Shown in pieces: positions 40,253 to 49,196 of a DNA stretch of 58,516 nt (its first letter is position 1; every line of letters starts with the position of its first letter). The position numbers and the translations under genes were made by a program. The notes under the pieces were generated by a model. The model saw only the letters and a program-made list of their open reading frames with translations, was not told the origin of the DNA and did no database searches. Origin of the DNA: Candidatus Eiseniibacteriota bacterium (GTDB taxonomy: Bacteria > Orphanbacterota > Orphanbacteria > Orphanbacterales > Orphanbacteraceae); contig JBDROZ010000044.1 in assembly GCA_043809585.1 (NCBI GenBank), forward strand, positions 1 to 58,516, in the 5' to 3' direction.

Positions 40253-41656
40253 TCAAGTGATAGTAGTATCCTTCCCGGCCGGATGAAATGCAACCTCCAA
40301 GATATTCGCGGTTTTGGAGGTGACCTTCGCCCGTTCCGCCACGGCAAGTCCGCAGACCCACAGAATGCCCTCCCCGTCCGCGAGAATCGGCACACCGTCC
40401 CGGAGGGGGCGGGGCACCTTCCGGTCCACCATCAGGTCCTGCACTTTTCGCGAGCCCGGCGCGCCGAGAGGGCAGAACCGGTCCCCCGGCAGCCGGCTCC
40501 GGAGAAGGAGGGGGGGCGAGATGCGGTCGGCGTCGAAGTGGCCGGTGTCGGGTCCGAAGTCTCCCGGGTCCGCCGACATCTCCGAAGGGGCGATGAACCG
40601 GCAGGTCACGCGCCGCCGGCCCGGGAGCGACACCTCGCCGGGCAAGGGGAGCGGAACGTCGAATGGGGGCGGGCCCTCCGTCGGCGGGCCGAGCACGAGC
40701 CTTCCTCCCTCGCGCCGTGCTTCCCCCCCGACCGGAAGGGGCACCTTTCCCGCGCCGCCCTCCCCCGCGAGCCGGAGAACCCGTTCCACGTGATCGAACC
40801 GGACTTCCGCGAGAGAGCCGGCCACCTCGCGGATCGCCGCGCGCACCACCTGGCGGCCGAGGGCTCGGGGAAGGAGCGCGAGTTCCGCGGCCGGCACGCC
40901 GAGGCTCCCCTGGACGTCCCGGTCCCCGGCCGCTTCGAGCCACCCCGCCGCTTTGTCGTCCAGAAAATCCTCCACGTCGGCGAAGACGTCCGCCGCCCGG
41001 GCGAGGGACGCCCGCACGGTCCGGCCGAGAACACGCTCGACGAGGGGAAGGACCTCGAGCCGGATCCGGTTCCGGTCGTAGAGGGTCTCCCGGTTCGAGC
41101 GGTCTGTCCGGTATCCCCCTTTTCGGGCGGCGAGATCGCGGAGGATCTCCTCCCGTCCCGCGTCGAGGAGGGGCCTCGCCACCACCCCCCGCCGGTAGGG
41201 AATCGCGCCGAGTCCCCGGGGTCCCGCTCCGCGGAACAGATTGAGGAGGACCGTCTCGGCCCGGTCGTCCCGGTTGTGGCCGGTCACGATCCGGTCCGCC
41301 CCCGACGCCGCCCGCTCCTCTTCGAGATAGGCGTAGCGGACCCGGCGGGCCGCCATCTGCAGCGATTCCCCCCGGAGTCCGGCGACGGCTCCCGACTTCC
41401 GGATGGTGAGGTCGATGCGGAGCGTCTCGCAGAGGGAGCGGACGAAGGCCTCGTCCCCTTCCGACTCCTCCCCCCGGAGGCCGTAGTTCACGTGGAGCGC
41501 CGCGAGCCGGAGACGCCACTCGTCGCGGATTTCCCCCAGCAGATGGGCGAGAGCCGTCGAGTCCGGCCCCCCCGAGAGGGAGAGAATCAGGGCATGGCCC
41601 GGCCGGAAGAGGCTTCTCTCCCGGACCGTGGCGATCATGATCTCCGATAGTTCCAC
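40253..41656 (-). CDS. tilS: tRNA(Ile)-lysidine synthetase
   Basis: SGGPDS PP-loop, HVNYGLR, ARRVRY, GHNRDDRAET, RPLL, DRSN, RNRIR, TilS C-terminal domain. Confidence 0.96.
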   Translation of the reverse strand: MELSEIMIATVRERSLFRPGHALILSLSGGPDSTALAHLLGEIRDEWRLRLAALHVNYGLRGEESEGDEAFVRSLCETLRIDLTIRKSGAVAGLRGESLQMAARRVRYAYLEEERAASGADRIVTGHNRDDRAETVLLNLFRGAGPRGLGAIPYRRGVVARPLLDAGREEILRDLAARKGGYRTDRSNRETLYDRNRIRLEVLPLVERVLGRTVRASLARAADVFADVEDFLDDKAAGWLEAAGDRDVQGSLGVPAAELALLPRALGRQVVRAAIREVAGSLAEVRFDHVERVLRLAGEGGAGKVPLPVGGEARREGGRLVLGPPTEGPPPFDVPLPLPGEVSLPGRRRVTCRFIAPSEMSADPGDFGPDTGHFDADRISPPLLLRSRLPGDRFCPLGAPGSRKVQDLMVDRKVPRPLRDGVPILADGEGILWVCGLAVAERAKVTSKTANILEVAFHPAGKDTTIT

Positions 41657-41687
41657 GGAAGGTCTTCAGTGTGGGGTGGGAACAAAG

Positions 41688-41761
41688 TGCCGGTGCAGGG
41701 ACTCGAACCCCGGACACGCGGATTATGATTCCGCTGCTCTAACCAACTGAGCTACACCGGC
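41688..41761 (-). tRNA. tRNA-Met (CAT), non-initiator; CCA not encoded
   Basis: GCCGGTGTAGCTCAGTTGGTTAGAGCAGCGGAATCATAATCCGCGTGTCCGGGGTTCGAGTCCCTGCACCGGCA folds as a cloverleaf; G1-C72 pair. Confidence 0.95.
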
Positions 41762-41788
41762 ATCGACTCGTTTCGATTCGGATCTTTG

Positions 41789-41817
41789 AAACTAGCCGCC
41801 GGGGAGGGGGAAGTCAA
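41789..41817 (-). promoter_or_regulatory. Sigma70 promoter for tRNA-tilS
   Basis: Minus strand TTGACT-N17-TAGTTT. Confidence 0.55.
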
Positions 41818-44377
41818 CGGGAAAGATGGGCCCTCCGCCGAATCCCCGGGAGGGCGATCCCGGCCCAGAGGATGACGGCGATGAGGGATCCGGCGACCCC
41901 GGCGCGGAAGGATCGCGGTCGATAGCGGAAGGAGACGACATGCTCCCCCGCCGGAACGGGAACGGCCCGGAAGGCGTAGTCGGCCCGAAAGAGGGGCGCC
42001 GGATCACCGTCCACTTCGGCCTCCCATCCTGGATACCAGGTCTCGGAGAGAAAGAGGAGGCCCGGCTCGTTCGAGCGGACCAGGAACTCGGCGTTCCCCC
42101 CGCGCCGTTCGACGAGGACGCACTCGTCCGCCGGGATTGCCGCCGCCCCCCCTTGAGGGAGGCCGGGATCCTCTTCGAGGAGAAGGGGACCGTGGGAATC
42201 GAAATCGGGGGCGGTGATCCGGGCGAGGATCTCCTCCCGGCCCGGCACGACTTCGTAGCGATGCCGGAGGAAGGCGCGGGGAAGGACCTCTTCGTTCTTC
42301 GCCACCACCGGTGAGGCACCGAGGAAATCCCCCTCCGGGGGCCAATCGACCGCGAGCTTCTCACGGCTAAGGAGAATCAGATCGTCGGGGTACACGGCGC
42401 TCCTCGTGAGCGGGTGTCCCGGGCCGAGGAAGACGCCCACGTTCAGGAGGGACCAGAGGGGGCGGTCGATCGCGTCCCCCATCGCCGCCGTGAATGGCGC
42501 GATCCGCCGCTTGTCCGGCCAGAGCCGCGGGTGGACCGCCTCGAACACGCGGCCGATGTCGGCGGGCATGAGAGCGTTCACCCCCTGCAGGTCTTCGATT
42601 CCGTAGACGAGCCCGGTGTTCGACGGGATCAGGTATTCCCTCCGACCCGGGCGATGCGGACCGAGCTTTCATCGTTCCGGAGCTTCTCGAGAAGGGAGTG
42701 ATCGGCGAAGGTCGAGCTTCTCGGCTGGGGCGTGTAGTAGATCCTCGAGAAGAACCACCCGTCGGCGGCGGTGACGGCCACGAGGGCGGCGGCGCCGAGC
42801 ACCGCCCGCCGTCCCCCCTTCCGAAGAAGAAGGAGCCCCGCCCCTCCGGCGCCGAGAAGGACGGCGTACCGCGCGAACCCGCGCCCGTGGAATCTCATCC
42901 AATTATCCCCGTGCCCGCTTCGGAAGTACCACCGCGCCACGGGGGGGACGCTCGCTTCGAGGATCCCGGGCCCCCGCTCCCTTTCGATCTCGACAAGCCG
43001 TTTCGACGCGTACTCCCGGAGGGCCGGGCCCCCCGCGAAGATCGCCCCCCCGAAGGCGGGGATCGTCAGGAGCCAGACCATGACGTAGAGGGCCGGGCCT
43101 CGCCACGGCCCTTCCCCGGCCCGCTTCCGCATCGCCTCGTATCCGAGGCCGGCGAGGACCGCCGTCGCGAGGAGGAAGGGGAACTGGAGTCGGTGCACCT
43201 CCGTCGACAGGCGTGCGAAGGGGACGAGCCTGTAGAAGAGAGAGAACAAGAAGGGCGAGAAGGCGAGGAGGGCCGAAAGCAGCCCGAGCCCCGCGAAGAA
43301 CCACCGCTCCCTCCGCCGCGAGAGGAACGGCGCCGCGAGGGCGAGGAGGAGGGGAATCACGCCCCCGTACCCGATGAACCCGAGGTCCGACGGGTGGGGG
43401 AGCGGGCCCCGCATCGCGACGAGCCACAAATTCTCGTCCACCGGGTTGCCGAAAAAGTCGGGGAGGCAGAGACGGATCAGCTCCGCGGGGACCGGCATGT
43501 GGGAGTCGACGATCCGCTCCAGGGGGATCTCCTCACGCTCCGAGAGCCCGCCGAGCTCCGCCGTCGGCGCGATCTGGAAGAGCGTGAGGCCCGCGCCGAG
43601 AACCACCAGCCCGGCCAAAGCGGCGAGCCGGAGCGCGCCCCTTCTCCTCTCCCCCCCCGGAAGCCCGGTCCAGAGATAGAGGGCGTAGGCGCCCGCGATC
43701 AGGAGCCCGTAGAAAATCGTCTGAGGAAAGCCGCCGAGGATCGTCATCGCGACGGCAAAGGGGACGATCCGCCGTCCATGCCCTTCCGTCACGCACCGGT
43801 GGACCAGGAGGAGGAGAAGGGGGATCCAGCAGCCCGTCGAGATGTGCACCGGGTGGCCGAGGTAGGTGGCGAAGTACGCGTTGAAGAGAAAGGAGAGCCC
43901 CCCGATCACGGATCCGACGGGGCCCACGCCGAGCCGCCGGAGAAAGAGGAAGAGGAAGAGTCCGCCGAGAAAGAGGTGGACCGCGACGAAGGCGCCCATC
44001 GCCCAGAGCGGGTCGACCCAGTAGAGGAAGAAGACGTTCAGCGGATGGAAGACGCATGACTGGAAGTCGGCGAGATGGGGCGCGCCGCAAAGAACGTAGC
44101 GGTTCCAGAGAGGAACCCGGCCCGCTTTCATCTCTTCGCCCGAGAGGAACCGCCGGGGGAAGTACGTCTCCGCCGAGTCGTCGCGGAAGGAGGGGCGCGA
44201 CATCTCGTCCGTCGTTGAAGAGAGCCGCCAGGGGAGCCACCGGGACATATTGGAGGTGACGAGGCAGTCGTCGCCGAAGAGGACGCCCCCGAAGAAGAGG
44301 AGTACGAGAAGGAGCAGGAGGGAGGCGACGAGAAGATCCCCCCGCGCGTACCCGCCCTCCCCGCGCCGTGGGGTCAT
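41814..44377 (-). CDS. YfhO-family (GT-C) membrane protein, frameshifted near 42638
   Basis: Multi-TM N-part (PLWNRY..CGAPHLAD.Q...FHPL); C-part SETWYPGWEAEVDG...ADYAFRAV.VPAGEH. One extra G in GGAGGG-AA joins the parts via EYLIPSNTGLVYGIEDLQG. Confidence 0.82.
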
Positions 44378-45081
44378 GACCGCCGGAGTTCCCGCCAGAG
44401 CCCGACCATTTGGGTCATGGTCTTCACGATCTCCCGGATCCGGTACCGGCTTCCTCCCGCCCGCCGGCGGAAGTGGGTCACGCCGACCTGGACGATCCGG
44501 AAGCCCGCGCGCTCCGCCTTGAGGAGAACCTCGGCGTCGATCAGCCCCCGGGTCGAGACGAGGGTGATCATGTCGAACACCTCGCGCCGGTAGAGTTTGA
44601 AGCCGCAGTTCACGTCACGCACCTTGAGGCCGAAGAAGAGCCGGAGCGACGTGTTGTAGACCCACGAGACGACGCGGCGCTGCATTCCGTCCATGCGGCG
44701 GATCTTGTAGGCGGAGACGATGTCCGCGTCGTCGATGAGGGGGATCAGCTTCGAGAGCTCCGCGACGTCGAACTGGAGGTCGCCGTCGGTGTAGAAGACG
44801 AGGTCCATCGTCGCCGCCGCGAACCCGCTCCGGAGGGCGACGCCGTACCCCTGGTTCGTCTCGTGGTGGACGACGCGGATCCGCCGGTTCTCCTCGGCGA
44901 GCCGATCGGCGATCTCCTCCGTCCGGTCCGTGGAGCCGTCGTTCACGATGATCACTTCGTAATCCGAAGTCAGGTCCCGGAGCACCCGGTCCGCCCGGCG
45001 CGCCAGCTCCTCCACCGTATCCTCTTCGTTGCAGGCGGGGAAGAAGAACGAAATGGTCGGCTTGTCCAACTTGGATTTCAC
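44374..45081 (-). CDS. Glycosyltransferase family 2 (polyprenol-phosphate glycosyltransferase-like)
   Basis: FFPACNEE, VNDGSTD, NQGYG.AL, DGDLQFD, DVNCGFKL. Confidence 0.92.
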   Translation of the reverse strand: MKSKLDKPTISFFFPACNEEDTVEELARRADRVLRDLTSDYEVIIVNDGSTDRTEEIADRLAEENRRIRVVHHETNQGYGVALRSGFAAATMDLVFYTDGDLQFDVAELSKLIPLIDDADIVSAYKIRRMDGMQRRVVSWVYNTSLRLFFGLKVRDVNCGFKLYRREVFDMITLVSTRGLIDAEVLLKAERAGFRIVQVGVTHFRRRAGGSRYRIREIVKTMTQMVGLWRELRRS

Positions 45082-45082
45082 G

Positions 45083-46483
45083 TCACTCCTCGAGGTAACC
45101 GAGGCTTCGAAGATTCTCCCGCTCCTCGTCGGTCAGCTCCGGAAAATCCTCATCCGGCAAGGGGGTGGAGGCCATCCATTCGAGAAGGAGCGCCTGGAGC
45201 TCCGCGCTCTTCGCCGTCTCTTCGTCCGCGAGGTTTCTCTCCTCCCCGGGATCGGCGGCCAGATCGAAGAGCTGCACCCCGTCCTCTCCCTCCACGGTGA
45301 TCAGCTTCCAGTCGCCGTAGCGGATGCCGTGGCGGGGGGGCGATTTCCACTCCGGCTTGGGCGGGAAGACCTCGGCGAAGATCGGCGCCTCTTCGAGCGC
45401 TTCCCCCCGGAGGGCGGGCGCGAAGGAGCGCCCCTCCCAGAGGATGTCGGGCCGGTGCACGCCGAGGAGATCGAGGATCCCCGGGAGGAGATCGATCTGG
45501 CGGACCTGATCGTTCACGATCGTTCCTCCCTTCGCCGCCCCGGGGGCGCGCACGAGCAGGGGGACACGGATCGACGGATCGTAGAGCATGATGTCGTGGC
45601 CGAAGTAGCGGTCGTGCTCGTAGAGCACCTCCCCGTGATCGGCCGTGTAGACCACGAGCGTGCGGTCCAGAACGCCCATCTCCTCCAGCCTTTCGAGGAC
45701 CATGCCGAGCTGGCGGTCCGTGAACGCCACCTCCCCCTGGTAGAGCCTGCGGAACCGGTCGATCTCCGCCGGGGTCGGTTCGATCCCCCCGCGCCAGACC
45801 CGGTTCAGCGTCTCCACGTCCGCCCGGAGGGGGCTCGACGGATCGGGATCATAGATGGCGTCCATCGGCGGCGGCGGCTCGTAAGGTTTGTGGGGATGGA
45901 ACCAATGGAGCCAGAGGAAGAAGGGCTCGTCGAGCTCGAGGCGCGCCCAATCGAGGGCGGCCTGGGTGAGGAGATCCTCCCCCCGGTCCCGGAGAGCCCG
46001 TCTCATCCGTTTCGGGCCGTAGTTGTACCTCTTCCAGAAGATGTCGAAGCCCTGGCCCGTCCCGTACTTGTCGTCGAGCACGTGGCTCGAGATGAACGCG
46101 GCGGTCCGGAACCCCTCCCCCTTCAGGATCTCCGAGAGGGTGGTACGCTCCTCGGGGAGCGTGTATCCGTGGGAGAGCACGCCGTGGGTTCGGGGGTAGA
46201 GCCCGGTCAGGATCGAACAGTGGGCGGGGAGCGTGATCGGGATCGAGGTGAACGCGTTCGTGAAGAGGACGCCCTCCCGGGCGAGACGGTCCGCGACGGG
46301 GGTGAGGGCGCCCGGCGCGCCGTAGCAGCCGAGGCGGTCCGCCCGCTCGGTGTCCACGGTGACGAGGAGGAGGTTCGCCGGCTTTTCCGGCCCCCCGGAG
46401 CAGGAGAGGGCGGCCGGGAGCAAGAGGAGGAGAACCCGTGTGCGCCGTCCCCGCCCATCTCCTTTCGTCCGTCCTCGTGGCAC
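45083..46483 (-). CDS. Sulfatase-like / alkaline-phosphatase-superfamily lipoprotein
   Basis: Lipobox ALSC, VDTERAD, TLPAHCSILTG, FHPH.PY, TADHGE, DLAADPGE, LRSLGY. Confidence 0.88.
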   Translation of the reverse strand: MPRGRTKGDGRGRRTRVLLLLLPAALSCSGGPEKPANLLLVTVDTERADRLGCYGAPGALTPVADRLAREGVLFTNAFTSIPITLPAHCSILTGLYPRTHGVLSHGYTLPEERTTLSEILKGEGFRTAAFISSHVLDDKYGTGQGFDIFWKRYNYGPKRMRRALRDRGEDLLTQAALDWARLELDEPFFLWLHWFHPHKPYEPPPPMDAIYDPDPSSPLRADVETLNRVWRGGIEPTPAEIDRFRRLYQGEVAFTDRQLGMVLERLEEMGVLDRTLVVYTADHGEVLYEHDRYFGHDIMLYDPSIRVPLLVRAPGAAKGGTIVNDQVRQIDLLPGILDLLGVHRPDILWEGRSFAPALRGEALEEAPIFAEVFPPKPEWKSPPRHGIRYGDWKLITVEGEDGVQLFDLAADPGEERNLADEETAKSAELQALLLEWMASTPLPDEDFPELTDEERENLRSLGYLEE

Positions 46484-46606
46484 CGGTCTCTTGTCCCCTT
46501 CGGCGAGCGATGATCGTTTCCAGACGTAGGTTGCAGCGTATCACCGGGTTCTGAGGAAGCGCAACGGGAATCGCCCCGCCGTGCGCCGGGGAATGCAGGG
46601 TGGTTC

Positions 46607-46635
46607 TTGACCGCCCCGGGCCGTTCCCCTACCAT
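46607..46635 (+). promoter_or_regulatory. Sigma70 promoter
   Basis: TTGACC-N17-TACCAT upstream of ATG 46670. Confidence 0.55.
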
Positions 46636-46669
46636 GACGTCGCCCCGAAGAGAACGCGAGGGTGAGAGG

Positions 46670-47845
46670 ATGGCGCGACATCGATGGTTCCTGGCGGCGG
46701 CGGTACTCCTGCTCGCCTCCTGTTCCAGCAAAGACGAGAACACCCTCGTGGGAGCCGAGTTCGTCGACGCCCGGCGGTGGGCGGTCCCGGCGGAGGACGA
46801 CACGATCGTGACCCTGACCACCGACACCTACTTCGAGGCGGACACCCTTTCGGGGGTGAAGGACGATCTTCTGATCGGCGACCGCCGGAAGTTCCGCTTC
46901 GAAATCGTCGTCTCCTTCGCGAACCTCCCCGGCCGGGAGGACACCCTCATCTCCGCCCGGATCACCGCGTCTCCTTGGCAGGCCGACGGAATCGGAACGG
47001 TCCGTATCGACCGGGTGACCGAAAAGTGGACCGAGTCGTCGAAACGGGACACGCTGGGCGTCGTGCCGGGGGAGGAGTTTGCCTTCGATCCCGATTTGGA
47101 CGCGCCGGTTCCGATCGAGTGGGTGAGGAGCTGGGTCGACTCGTCGGCGGGCAACCACGGTCTTCTCCTCCGCCCCGTGGAAGGGGACTCGTTCTTCCTC
47201 CGCATCCCCTCCCGTGAAGCGAAGAACGACAGCGGGGGGGCGGACGAAAGCGCGTTCCGTCTTCACCTGACCTACCGGGACGGGGATTCCGGAAGGGACA
47301 CCACCGCCGCGATCGCCCCGTCATTCGACCGGTTCTACGCGTTCAAGGTCGATCCCTCCAGTTATGTGGCGGAGAACTTCCCTGCCGCGACCCTTCTCGT
47401 CGGCGTCCGGGAGTCGATGACGAACCAGGCTCTCTTCGAATTCGATCTTCCGGCGGAGCTGAAGGATGTCACGGTGAACCGGTTCGAGTTGGTTCTGACC
47501 GTCGCCGAAGCCCGCACGAACGACGCGGAAATCCCCTTCGCGGTTCACCGGGTGGTGAGCGATTCCCTCGGGAGCGACGCCGTGGTCTTCGAGAGACAGG
47601 CCGTGAGGACGTTCTCCATGCCTCCCGACGCCCTGCCGGGCGATACGGTCGCGGTTCGCCTCAGTCAGTCGGCGAGCGGCTGGTGGGCGGCCGGGAACTG
47701 GGATCCGATCATCCTGATCCGGGCGTCGGTCAATCTCGCACGAGACCGTTACGTCTCTTTCTATTCGATGGAAGCGGCGGACAGTCTTTCCCCGCGACTC
47801 AGGCTCCTCTACACGCCGCCGCGCCCCGGCGCCGGGACGGAGTAA
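46670..47845 (+). CDS. Hypothetical lipoprotein (beta-rich)
   Basis: Lipobox LLASC; GNHGLLL and SPRLRLLY motifs resemble DNRLRE/DUF4270-type domains. Confidence 0.7.
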   Translation: MARHRWFLAAAVLLLASCSSKDENTLVGAEFVDARRWAVPAEDDTIVTLTTDTYFEADTLSGVKDDLLIGDRRKFRFEIVVSFANLPGREDTLISARITASPWQADGIGTVRIDRVTEKWTESSKRDTLGVVPGEEFAFDPDLDAPVPIEWVRSWVDSSAGNHGLLLRPVEGDSFFLRIPSREAKNDSGGADESAFRLHLTYRDGDSGRDTTAAIAPSFDRFYAFKVDPSSYVAENFPAATLLVGVRESMTNQALFEFDLPAELKDVTVNRFELVLTVAEARTNDAEIPFAVHRVVSDSLGSDAVVFERQAVRTFSMPPDALPGDTVAVRLSQSASGWWAAGNWDPIILIRASVNLARDRYVSFYSMEAADSLSPRLRLLYTPPRPGAGTE

Positions 47846-47848
47846 CCG

Positions 47849-49066
47849 GTGAGACTCAAGTCCCTCCCGGGTCTGGCCCTGATTTTCTTCGCCCTCCCCA
47901 CGGGGGCGGGGGCGGACAGCCAGTTCGCGTCGAACGGGCTCGGGATCGGTCTCCAACCGACCCACGTCCGGGGATGGACGATGGGCGGTCTCGGAGTCGC
48001 CCTGAACGATACCCTCCGCCTCTCCCTCGCGAACCCCGCCGGGCCCGGGGGCTACCGGGAGGTCTCGCTGAACATTCTCTATCTGGCCGACCGGCGGACA
48101 GCGAAGGACGCCACGGGCGAGGAGTTCATCACATCCTCCGGCTTCCCCCTCTTCGAGTTCCTGATTCCCTTCGGGAGCCGATTCGCCGCCGGTTTCGGCT
48201 ATGCTCTGGAGCAGGACATGGGAACGGCCCGGACCCGGATTCCCTTGGGGTCCGGGGAGGAGATCGGGGAAGGAGTTCCTTCTTACGACCGGTTCTTCGA
48301 GCGCCGGGGCGCACTCTTCCGCGTGCCCGGGGTTCTCGCGTTCCGATTCTTCCGCGACCTGCGGTTCGGAATCCGGCTGGACAACTACTTCTTCAATGTC
48401 GAAGAGGACTACAACCTGGTCTTCGACGACTCGTCGATCCTGCCCACGAAGGAGCGCCTGCTCCTCTCGGGCTCGGGAACGGGGGGCACCGCGGGGCTCA
48501 TGATCCCGATCGGCGCCATCGGTCATTTCGGATTCGTCTACTCCACGGAGGCGGCCTTGGACGTCGACCGGGAGCGGGAGGGGGCGTCGGGGACCGTCTC
48601 GTCGGAGAGGATCGAGATCGGCCTGCCCGAGCGGATCGGCGCGGGCGTCTCCTTCCAATACGATCGATGGACGATCGGCGCCGAGATCCGGACCGCCGCC
48701 TGGGGCGACGTGAATGACACCCTCGCCGCCCTCGGCGGCTACGAGGACGTGACGGGCTGGTCCGTCGGTCTGGAGCGGATGCCCCGGCGGGGGGATCCGT
48801 GGATCCTCGGCCTTCCCGTGCGGGCGGGGTTCCGGGTCGACCCTCTTCCCCTCCTCGCGGAGGAAGGGGGCGAGATCGCCCGCTGGTCCGTCTCCTTCGG
48901 GTCCGGGTTCCCCATCGGCGTCCGCCGGAGCTTCTGTGACTTCGGCCTTGAATACGGGCGAATCGGCTCGGAGGAGGAGGTGGGGCTCGAAGAAGGGTAC
49001 TACCGGTTCCTCGTCGGCTTCACCGCCCAGGAACCCTGGCGCCGCCGCAAGAGCTACGTGGAGTAA
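47849..49066 (+). CDS. Outer-membrane beta-barrel protein (FadL/OMPP1-like)
   Basis: Signal peptide; N-terminal hatch motif RGWTMGGLGVA...NPAG; amphipathic strands. Confidence 0.7.
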   Translation: MRLKSLPGLALIFFALPTGAGADSQFASNGLGIGLQPTHVRGWTMGGLGVALNDTLRLSLANPAGPGGYREVSLNILYLADRRTAKDATGEEFITSSGFPLFEFLIPFGSRFAAGFGYALEQDMGTARTRIPLGSGEEIGEGVPSYDRFFERRGALFRVPGVLAFRFFRDLRFGIRLDNYFFNVEEDYNLVFDDSSILPTKERLLLSGSGTGGTAGLMIPIGAIGHFGFVYSTEAALDVDREREGASGTVSSERIEIGLPERIGAGVSFQYDRWTIGAEIRTAAWGDVNDTLAALGGYEDVTGWSVGLERMPRRGDPWILGLPVRAGFRVDPLPLLAEEGGEIARWSVSFGSGFPIGVRRSFCDFGLEYGRIGSEEEVGLEEGYYRFLVGFTAQEPWRRRKSYVE

Positions 49067-49085
49067 TCCCCCTGCGATCAAGGGT

Positions 49086-49114
49086 TTGCGGTTCCATCGG
49101 ATCCTGGGTATACT
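49086..49114 (+). promoter_or_regulatory. Sigma70 promoter
   Basis: TTGCGG-N17-TATACT upstream of ATG 49197. Confidence 0.5.
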
Positions 49115-49196
49115 CCCTGCACGGAAGAGAGCTTCCGGCGGAGCCCCCCCGCCGAACGGGGAGCGCGGACCTCGCCCCTCCCTGAAGGATTTCGTC

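Noticed and set aside
41688-41761. tRNA as an integration site for an island
   Set aside because: No integrase gene and no duplicated tRNA 3' end seen in the window
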